This document shows positions 14,620 to 24,728 of a DNA stretch of 30,863 nucleotides, piece by piece. A program made the translations under genes and the position numbers. Every line of letters starts with the position of its first letter. Position 1 is the first letter of the stretch. This DNA is from Utricularia gibba (Eukaryota; Plantae; Magnoliophyta), in the NCBI GenBank assembly GCA_002189035.1, contig NEEC01000489.1:1-30863 (forward strand), read 5' to 3'. Below the pieces are notes generated by a model. The model searched no databases, was not told the DNA's origin, and saw nothing but the letters and a program-made list of their open reading frames with translations.

Positions 14620-17600
14620 AAATGATCATCTCGAAATCCAAATATTCACATCGTCCCATGAAATACATATGTCTTGCATGCCGAAAATCACATTCGCATC
14701 GAGTCGGGTGTCCCGAGTCGCATCGTCGCGAACGTGTGGCCACTTCGTTGCACATCTTAAGGCTAATATAAGGCAATCTTTCGAGCATTTGTGCCTCCTC
14801 GGACGAACAAGTTCTCAACACGAAAGAGACCGGCTCGGAACGAGCTTCGAAACGGTATGCTATGTGCAACATGACTCATCACCATTTGCAAGATATCCAC
14901 TCGATACCGAAGAGTGCACGAGGCCACCATGAGGTTGTGGCTAGGGACACACCATGGCATCTTAAATGATCATCTCGAAATCCAAATATTCACATCGTCC
15001 CATGAAATACATATGTCTTGCATGCCGAAAATCACATTCGCATCGAGTCGGTGTCCCGAGTCGCATCGTCGCGAACGTGGTGGCCACTTCGTTGCACATC
15101 TGAAGGCTAATATAAGGCAATCTTTCGAGCATTTGTGCCTCCTCGGACGAACAAGTTCTCAACACGAAAGTAGACCGGCTCGGAACGAGCTTCGAAACGG
15201 TATGCTATGTGCAACATGACTCATCACCATTTGCAAGATATCCACTCGATACCGAAGAGTGCACGAGGCCACCATGAGGTTGTGGCTAGGGACACACCCA
15301 TGGCATCTTAAATGATCATCTCGAATTCCAAATATTCACATCGTCCCATGAAATACATATGTCTTGCATGCCGAAAATCACATTCGCATCGAGTCGGGTG
15401 TCCCGAGTCGCATCGTCGCGAACGTGGTGGCCACTTCGTTGCACATCTGAAGGCTAATATAAGGCAATCTTTCGAGCATTTGTGCCTCCTCGGACGAACA
15501 AGTTCTCAACACGAAAGAAGACCGGCTCGGAACGAGCTTCGAAACGGTATGCTATGTGCAACATGACTCATCACCATTTGCAAGATATCCACTCGATACC
15601 GAAGAGTGCACGAGGCCACCATGAGGTTGTGGCTAGGGACACACCCATGGCATCTTAAATGATCATCTCGAAATCCAAATTTCACATCGTCCCATGAAAT
15701 ACATATGTCTTGCATGCAAAAATCACATTCGCATCGAGTCGGGTGTCCCGAGTCGCATCGTCGCGAACGTGGTGGCCACTTCGTTGCACATCTGAAGGCT
15801 AATATAAGGCAATCTTTCGAGCATTTGTGCCTCCTCGGACGAACAAGTTCTCAAACGAAAGAAGACCGGCTCGGAACGAGCTTCGAAACGGTATGCTATG
15901 TGCAACATGACTCATCACCATTTGCAAGATATCCACTCGATACCGAAGAGTGCACGAGGCCACCATGAGGTTGTGGCTAGGGACACACCCATGGCATCTT
16001 AAATGATCATCTCGAAATCCAAAATATTCACATCGTCCCATGAAATAATATGTCTTGCATGCCGAAAATCACATTCGCATCGAGTCGGGTTCCCGAGTCG
16101 CATCGTCGCGAACGTGGTGGCCACTTCGTTGCACATCTGAAGGCTAATATAAGGCAATCTTTCGAGCATTTGTGCCTCCTCGGACGAACAAGTTCTCAAC
16201 ACGAAAGAAGACCGGCTCGAACGAGCTTCGAAACGGTATGCTATGTGCAACATGACTCATCACCATTTGCAAGATATCCACTCGATACCGAAGAGTGCAC
16301 GAGGCCACCATGAGGTTGTGGCTAGGGACACACCCATGGCATCTTAAATGATCATCTCGAAATCCAAATATTCACATCGTCCCATGAAATACATATGTCT
16401 TGCATGCCGAAAATCACATTCGCATCGAGTCGGGTGTCCCGAGTCGCATCGTCGCGAACGTGGTGGCCACTTCGTTGCACATCTGAAGGCTAATATAAGG
16501 CAATCTTTCGAGCATTTGTGCCTCCTCGGACGAACAAGTTCTCAACACGAAAGAAGACCGGCTCGAACGAGCTTCGAAACGGTATGCTATGTGCAACATG
16601 ACTCATCACCATTTGCAAGATATCCACTCGATACCGAAGAGTGCACGAGGCCACCATGAGGTTGTGGCTAGGGACACACCCATGGCATCTTAAATGATCA
16701 TCTCGAAATCCAAATTTCACATCGTCCCATGAAATACATATGTCTTGCATGCCGAAAATCACATTCGCATCGAGTCGGGTGTCCCGAGTCGCATCGTCGC
16801 GAACGTGTGGCCACTTCGTTGCACATCTTAAGGCTAATATAAGGCAATCTTTCGAGCATTTGTGCCTCCTCGGACGAACAAGTTCTCAACACGAAAGAGA
16901 CCGGCTCGAAACGCTATGTGCAACATGACTCATCACCGTTTGCAAGATATCCACTCGATACCGAAGAGTGCACGAGGCCACCATGAGGTGTGGCTAGGGA
17001 CACACCCATGGCATCTTAAATGATCATCTCGAAATCCAAAATTTCACATCGTCCCATGAAATACATATGTCTTGCATGCCGAAAATCACATTCGCATCGA
17101 GTCGGGTGTCCCGAGTCGCATCGTCGCGAACGTGGTGGCCACTTCGTTGCACATCTGAAGGCTAATATAAGGCAATCTTTCGAGCATTTGTGCCTCCTCG
17201 GACGAACAAGTTCTCAACACGAAGAAGACCGGCTCGGAACGAGCTTCGAAACGGTATGCTATGTGCAACATGACTCATCACCATTTGCAAGATATCCACT
17301 CGATACCGAAGAGTGCACGAGGCCACCATGAGGTTGTGGCTAGGGACACACCCATGGCATCTTAAATGATCATCTCGAAATCCAAATTTCACATCGTCCC
17401 ATGAAATAAATATGTCTTGCATGCAAAAATCACATTCGCATCGAGTCGGTGTCCCGAGTCGCATCGTCGCGAACGTGTGGCCATTCGTTGCACATCTGAA
17501 GGCTAATATAAGGCAATCTTTCGAGCATTTGTGCCTCCTCGGACGAACAAGTTCTCAAACGAAAGAAGACCGGCTCGGAACGAGCTTCGAAACGGTATGC

Positions 17601-20425
17601 TATGTGCAACATGACTCATCACCGTTTGCAAGATATCCACTCGATACCGAAGAGTGCACGAGGCCACCATGAGGTTGTGGCTAGGGACACACCCATGGCA
17701 TCTTAAATGATCATCTCGAAATCCAAATATTCACATCGTCCCATGAAATACATATGTCTTGCATGCCGAAAATCACATTCGCATCGAGTCGGGTGTCCCG
17801 AGTCGCATCGTCGCGAACGTGTGGCCACTTCGTTGCACATCTTAAGGCTAATATAAGGCAATCTTTCGAGCATTTGTGCCTCCTCGGACGAACAAGTTCT
17901 CAACACGAAAGAGGCTCGGAACGAGCTTCGAAACGGTATGCTATGTGCAACATGACTCATCACCATTTGCAAGATATCCACTCGATACCGAAGAGTGCAC
18001 GAGGCCACCATGAGGTTGTGGCTAGGGACACACCCATGGCATCTTAAATGATCATCTCGAAATCCAAATATTCACATCGTCCCATGAAATACATATGTCT
18101 TGCATGCCGAAAATCACATTCGCATCGAGTCGGGTGTCCCGAGTCGCATCGTCGCGAACGTGTGGCCACTTCGTTGCACATCTTAAGGCTAATATAAGGC
18201 AATCTTTCGAGCATTTGTGCCTCCTCGGACGAACAAGTTCTCAACACGAAAGAAACCGGCTCGGAACGAGCTTCGAAACGGTATGCTATGTGCAACATGA
18301 CTCATCACCGTTTGCAAGATATCCACTCGATACCGAAGAGTGCACGAGGCCACCATGAGGTTGTGGCTAGGGACACACCCATGGCATCTTAAATGATCAT
18401 CTCGAAATCCAAATATTCACATCGTCCCATGAAATACATATGTCTTGCATGCCGAAAATCACATTCGCATCGAGTCGGGTGTCCCGAGTCGCATCGTCGC
18501 GAACGTGTGGCCACTTCGTTGCACATCTGAAGGCTAATATAAGGCAATCTTTCGAGCATTTGTGCCTCCTCGGACGAACAAGTTCTCAACACGAAAGAAG
18601 ACCGGCTCGAACGAGCTTCGAAACGGTATGCTATGTGCAACATGACTCATCACCATTTGCAAGATATCCACTCGATACCGAAGAGTGCACGAGGCCACCA
18701 TGAGGTTGTGGCTAGGGACACACCCATGGCATCTTAAATGATCATCTCGAAATCCAAATTTCACATCGTCCCATGAAATAATATGTCTTGCATGCGAAAA
18801 TCACATTCGCATCGAGTTGTCCCGAGTCGCATCGTCGCGAACGTGTGGCCACTTCGTTGCACATCTTAAGGCTAATATAAGGCAATCTTTCGAGCATTTG
18901 TGCCTCCTCGGACGAACAAGTTCTCAACACGAAAGAGACCCGGCTTCGAACGGTATGTGTGCAACATGACTCATCACCGTTTGCAAGATATCCACTCGAT
19001 ACCGAAGAGTGCACGAGGCCACCATGAGGTTGTGGCTAGGGACACACCCATGGCATCTTAAATGATCATCTCGAAATCCAAAATTTCACATCGTCCCATG
19101 AAATACATGTCTTGCATGCCGAAAATCACATTCGCATCGAGTCGGGTGTCCCGAGTCGCATCGTCGCGAACGTGGTGGCCACTTCGTTGCACATCTGAAG
19201 GCTAATATAAGGCAATCTTTCGAGCATTTGTGCCTCCTCGGACGAACAAGTTCTCAACACGAAAGAAGACCGGCTCGGAACGAGCTTCGAAACGGTATGC
19301 TATGTGCAACATGACTCATCACCATTTGCAAGATATCCACTCGATACCGAAGAGTGCACGAGGCCACCATGAGGTTGTGGCTAGGGACACACCCATGGCA
19401 TCTTAAATGATCATCTCGAAATCCAAATTTCACATCGTCCCATGAAATACATATGTCTTGCATGCCGAAAATCACATTCGCATCGAGTCGGTGTCCCGAG
19501 TCGCATCGTCGCGAACGTGGTGGCCACTTCGTTGCACATCTGAAGGCTAATATAAGGCAATCTTTCGAGCATTTGTGCCTCCTCGGACGAACAAGTTCTC
19601 AACACGAAAGAAGACCGGCTTCGAACGCTATGTGCAACATGACTCATCACCATTTGCAAGATATCCACTCGATACCGAAGAGTGCACGAGGCCACCATGA
19701 GGTTGTGGCTAGGGACACACCCATGGCATCTTAAATGATCATCTCGAAATCCAAAATTTCACATCGTCCCATGAAATACATATGTCTTGCATGCCGAAAA
19801 TCACATTCGCATCGAGTCGGGTGTCCCGAGTCGCATCGTCGCGAACGTGGTGGCCACTTCGTTGCACATCTGAAGGCTAATATAAGGCAATCTTTCGAGC
19901 ATTTGTGCCTCCTCGGACGAACAAGTTCTCAACACGAAAGAGACCGGCTCGGAACGAGCTTCGAAACGGTATGCTATGTGCAACATGACTCATCACCATT
20001 TTGCAAGATATCCACTCGATACCGAAGAGTGCACGAGGCCACCATGAGGTTGTGGCTAGGGACACACCCATGGCATCTTAAATGATCATCTCGAAATCCA
20101 AATATTCACATCGTCCCATGAAATACATATGTCTTGCATGCCGAAAATCACATTCGCATCGAGTCGGGTGTCCCGAGTCGCATCGTCGCGAACGTGTGGC
20201 CACTTCGTTGCACATCTTAAGGCTAATATAAGGCAATCTTTCGAGCATTTGTGCCTCCTCGGACGAACAAGTTCTCAACACGAAAGAAGACCGGCTCGGA
20301 ACGAGCTTCGAAACGGTATGCTATGTGCAACATGACTCATCACCGTTTGCAAGATATCCACTCGATACCGAAGAGTGCACGAGGCCACCATGAGGTTGTG
20401 GCTAGGGACACACCCATGGCATCTT

Positions 20426-20688
20426 AAATGATCATCTCGAAATCCAAATTTCACATCGTCCCATGAAATACATATGTCTTGCATGCCGAAAATCACATTC
20501 GCATCGAGTCGGGTGTCCCGAGTCGCATCGTCGCGAACGTGTGGCCACTTCGTTGCACATCTTAAGGCTAATATAAGGCAATCTTTCGAGCATTTGTGCC
20601 TCCTCGGACGAACAAGTTCTCAACACGAAAGTTCGGAACGAACATGAGCGAAAAAGTGCACAGGTTGTGGACACACCCATGGCATCTT
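20426..20688 (+). repeat. Strongly shortened monomer U61 (263 bp)
   Basis: Same collapse pattern as U17; GTTGTGG|ACACACC starting at 20664. Confidence 0.8.
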
Positions 20689-22070
20689 AAATGATCATCT
20701 CGAAATCCAAATATTCACATCGTCCCATGAAATACATATGTCTTGCATGCCGAAAATCACATTCGCATCGAGTCGGGTGTCCCGAGTCGCATCGTCGCGA
20801 ACGTGTGGCCACTTCGTTGCACATCTGAAGGCTAATATAAGGCAATCTTTCGAGCATTTGTGCCTCCTCGGACGAACAAGTTCTCAACACGAAAAAAGAC
20901 CGGCTCGGAACGAGCTTCGAAACGGTATGCTATGTGCAACATGACTCATCACCATTTGCAAGATATCCACTCGATACCGAAGAGTGCACGAGGCCACCAT
21001 GAGGTTGTGGCTAGGGACACACCCATGGCATCTTAAATGATCATCTCGAAATCCAAAATATTCACATCGTCCCATGAAATACATATGTCTTGCATGCCGA
21101 AAATCACATTCGCATCGAGTCGGTGTCCCGAGTCGCATCGTCGCGAACGTGGTGGCCACTTCGTTGCACATCTTAAGGCTAATATAAGGCAATCTTTCGA
21201 GCATTTGTGCCTCCTCGGACGAACAAGTTCTCAACACGAAAGAGACCGGCTCGGAACGAGCTTCGAAACGGTATGCTATGTGCAACATGACTCATCACCA
21301 TTTGCAAGATATCCACTCGATACCGAAGAGTGCACGAGGCCACCATGAGGTTGTGGCTAGGGACACACCCATGGCATCTTAAATGATCATCTCGAAATCC
21401 AAATTTCACATCGTCCCATGAAATACATATGTCTTGCATGCCGAAAATCACATTCGCATCGAGTCGGGTGTCCCGAGTCGCATCGTCGCGAACGTGGTGG
21501 CCACTTCGTTGCACATCTGAAGGCTAATATAAGGCAATCTTTCGAGCATTTGTGCCTCCTCGGACGAACAAGTTCTCAACACGAAAGAAGACCGGCTCGG
21601 AACGAGCTTCGAAACGGTATGCTATGTGCAACATGACTCATCACCATTTGCAAGATATCCACTCGATACCGAAGAGTGCACGAGGCCACCATGAGGTTGT
21701 GGCTAGGGACACACCCATGGCATCTTAAATGATCATCTCGAAATCCAAATTTCACATCGTCCCATGAAATACATATGTCTTGCATGCCGAAAATCACATT
21801 CGCATCGAGTCGGTGTCCCGAGTCGCATCGTCGCGAACGTGTGGCCACTTCGTTGCACATCTGAAGGCTAATATAAGGCAATCTTTCGAGCATTTGTGCC
21901 TCCTCGGACGAACAAGTTCTCAACACGAAAGAAGACCGGCTCGGAACGAGCTTCGAAACGGTATGCTATGTGCAACATGACTCATCACCATTTGCAAGAT
22001 ATCCACTCGATACCGAAGAGTGCACGAGGCCACCATGAGGTTGTGGCTAGGGACACACCCATGGCATCTT

Positions 22071-22417
22071 AAATGATCATCTCGAAATCCAAATATTCAC
22101 ATCGTCCCATGAAATACATATGTCTTGCATGCCGAAAATCACATTCGCATCGAGTCGGGTGTCCCGAGTCGCATCGTCGCGAACGTGGTGGCCACTTCGT
22201 TGCACATCTTAAGGCTAATATAAGGCAATCTTTCGAGCATTTGTGCCTCCTCGGACGAACAAGTTCTCAACACGAAAGAAGACCGGCTCGGAACGAGCTT
22301 CGAAACGGTATGCTATGTGCAACATGACTCATCACCATTTGCAAGATATCCACTCGATACCGAAGAGTGCACGAGGCCACCATGAGGTTGTGGCTAGGGA
22401 CACACCCATGGCATCTT
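22071..22417 (+). repeat. Reference full-length monomer U66 (347 bp; consensus except T at the G/T site, unit position 140)
   Basis: Runs AAATGATCATCTCGAAATCCAAATATTCAC...GGGACACACCCATGGCATCTT. Hand count on the consensus: 169/347 G+C and 25 CpG. Used as the coordinate reference: window position = 22070 + unit position. Confidence 0.93.
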
Positions 22418-22718
22418 AAATGATCATCTCGAAATCCAAATTTCACATCGTCCCATGAAATACATATGTCTTGCATGCCGAAAATCATTCGCATCGAGTC
22501 GGGTGTCCCGAGTCGCATCGTCGCGAACGTGGTGGCCACTTCGTTGCACATCTTAAGGCTAATATAAGGCAATCTTTCGAGCATTTGTGCCTCCTCGGAC
22601 GAACAAGTTCTCAACACGAAAGAGACCGGCTCGGAACGCTATGTGCAACATGACTCATCACCGTTTGCGAAAAGAGTGCACGAGGCCATGAGTTGTGGCT
22701 ACACACCCATGGCATCTT
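22418..22718 (+). repeat. Strongly shortened monomer U67 (301 bp)
   Basis: GAACG|CTATG at 22634-22643; reads TTTGCGAAAAGAGTGC in place of the GATATC region, similar to U23. Confidence 0.8.
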
Positions 22719-24434
22719 AAATGATCATCTCGAAATCCAAATATTCACATCGTCCCATGAAATACATATGTCTTGCATGCCGAAAATCACATTCGCATCG
22801 AGTCGGGTGTCCCGAGTCGCATCGTCGCGAACGTGGTGGCCACTTCGTTGCACATCTGAAGGCTAATATAAGGCAATCTTTCGAGCATTTGTGCCTCCTC
22901 GGACGAACAAGTTCTCAACACGAAAGAGACCGGCTCGGAACGAGCTTCGAAACGGTATGCTATGTGCAACATGACTCATCACCATTTGCAAGATATCCAC
23001 TCGATACCGAAGAGTGCACGAGGCCACCATGAGGTTGTGGCTAGGGACACACCCATGGCATCTTAAATGATCATCTCGAAATCCAAATATTCACATCGTC
23101 CCATGAAATACATATGTCTTGCATGCCGAAAATCACATTCGCATCGAGTCGGTGTCCCGAGTCGCATCGTCGCGAACGTGGTGGCCACTTCGTTGCACAT
23201 CTGAAGGCTAATATAAGGCAATCTTTCGAGCATTTGTGCCTCCGGACGAACAAGTTCTCAACACGAAAGAGACCGGCTCGGAACGAGCTTCGAAACGGTA
23301 TGCTATGTGCAACATGACTCATCACCATTTGCAAGATATCCACTCGATACCGAAGAGTGCACGAGGCCACCATGAGGTTGTGGCTAGGGACACACCCATG
23401 GCATCTTAAATGATCATCTCGAAATCCAAATTTCACATCGTCCCATGAAATACATATGTCTTGCATGCCGAAAATCACATTCGCATCGAGTCGGGTGTCC
23501 CGAGTCGCATCGTCGCGAACGTGGTGGCCACTTCGTTGCACATCTGAAGGCTAATATAAGGCAATCTTTCGAGCATTTGTGCCTCCTCGGACGAACAAGT
23601 TCTCAACACGAAAGAAGACCGGCTCGGAACGAGCTTCGAAACGGTATGCTATGTGCAACATGACTCATCACCATTTGCAAGATATCCACTCGATACCGAA
23701 GAGTGCACGAGGCCACCATGAGGTTGTGGCTAGGGACACACCCATGGCATCTTAAATGATCATCTCGAAATCCAAATTTCACATCGTCCCATGAAATACA
23801 TATGTCTTGCATGCAAAAATCACATTCGCATCGAGTCGGTGTCCCGAGTCGCATCGTCGCGAACGTGTGGCCACTTCGTTGCACATCTAAGGCTAATATA
23901 AGGCAATCTTTCGAGCATTTGTGCCTCCTCGGACGAACAAGTTCTCAAACGAAAGGGCTCGGAACGAGCTTCGAAACGGTATGCTATGTGCAACATGACT
24001 CATCACCATTTGCAAGATATCCACTCGATACCGAAGAGTGCACGAGGCCACCATGAGGTTGTGGCTAGGGACACACCCATGGCATCTTAAATGATCATCT
24101 CGAAATCCAAATATTCACATCGTCCCATGAAATACATATGTCTTGCATGCCGAAAATCACATTCGCATCGAGTCGGGTGTCCCGAGTCGCATCGTCGCGA
24201 ACGTGTGGCCACTTCGTTGCACATCTTAAGGCTAATATAAGGCAATCTTTCGAGCATTTGTGCCTCCTCGGACGAACAAGTTCTCAACACGAAAGAAGAC
24301 CGGCTCGGAACGAGCTTCGAAACGGTATGATATGTGCAACATGACTCATCACCGTTTGCAAGATATCCACTCGATACCGAAGAGTGCACGAGGCCACCAT
24401 GAGGTTGTGGCTAGGGACACACCCATGGCATCTT

Positions 24435-24728
24435 AAATGATCATCTCGAAATCCAAATTTCACATCGTCCCATGAAATACATATGTCTTGCATGCCGAAA
24501 ATCACATTCGCATCGAGTCGGGTGTCCCGAGTCGCATCGTCGCGAACGTGGTGGCCACTTCGTTGCACATCTTAAGGCTAATATAAGGCAATCTTTCGAG
24601 CATTTGTGCCTCCTCGGACGAACAAGTTCTCAACACGAAAGAGACCAAACGCTATGTGCAACATGACTCATGTTTGCAATCGAAGAGTGCACGAGGCCCA
24701 TGAGTTGTGGACACACCCATGGCATCTT
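24435..24728 (+). repeat. Strongly shortened monomer U73 (294 bp)
   Basis: AACG|CTATG at 24648-24656; GTTGTGG|ACACACC starting at 24704. Confidence 0.8.

Larger units (their letters stand above)
1590..16345. repeat. Higher-order repeat copy A (monomers U5-U48, 44 monomers, ~14.76 kb)
   Basis: Short monomers at U6, 12, 14, 17, 23, 29, 34, 36, 40 and 43 are all matched by short monomers 44 units later. Boundaries are approximate and the phase is arbitrary. Confidence 0.75.

Noticed and set aside
22216-22230. TATA/CAAT-like promoter words (TAATATAAGGCAATC)
   Set aside because: Short, low-information words in non-canonical order, with no associated gene.
22073-22327. 84-aa ORF containing YICLACRKSHSHRVGCPESH, which resembles a zinc finger
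   Set aside because: It has CxxC but lacks the C2H2 hydrophobic core and HxxxH spacing, and the frame is broken in most copies. An HMM hit, Ribo-seq or peptide evidence would be needed to reopen this.
22208-22336. Hammerhead ribozyme as found in some transcribed satellites
   Set aside because: The plus strand has CTGAAGG (not CTGANGA) about 90 nt from CGAAAC. The minus strand has GTGATGAG (G instead of C), and stem II cannot form with the nearest GAAA. An Infernal/Rfam scan would be decisive.
22071-22417. Synthetic polylinker or engineered array (BclI, NdeI, SphI, NruI, MscI, BstBI, EcoRV, ApaLI, NcoI sites)
   Set aside because: Sites are dispersed, only about twice expectation, with no vector or adapter sequence; nested variant structure points to natural evolution.
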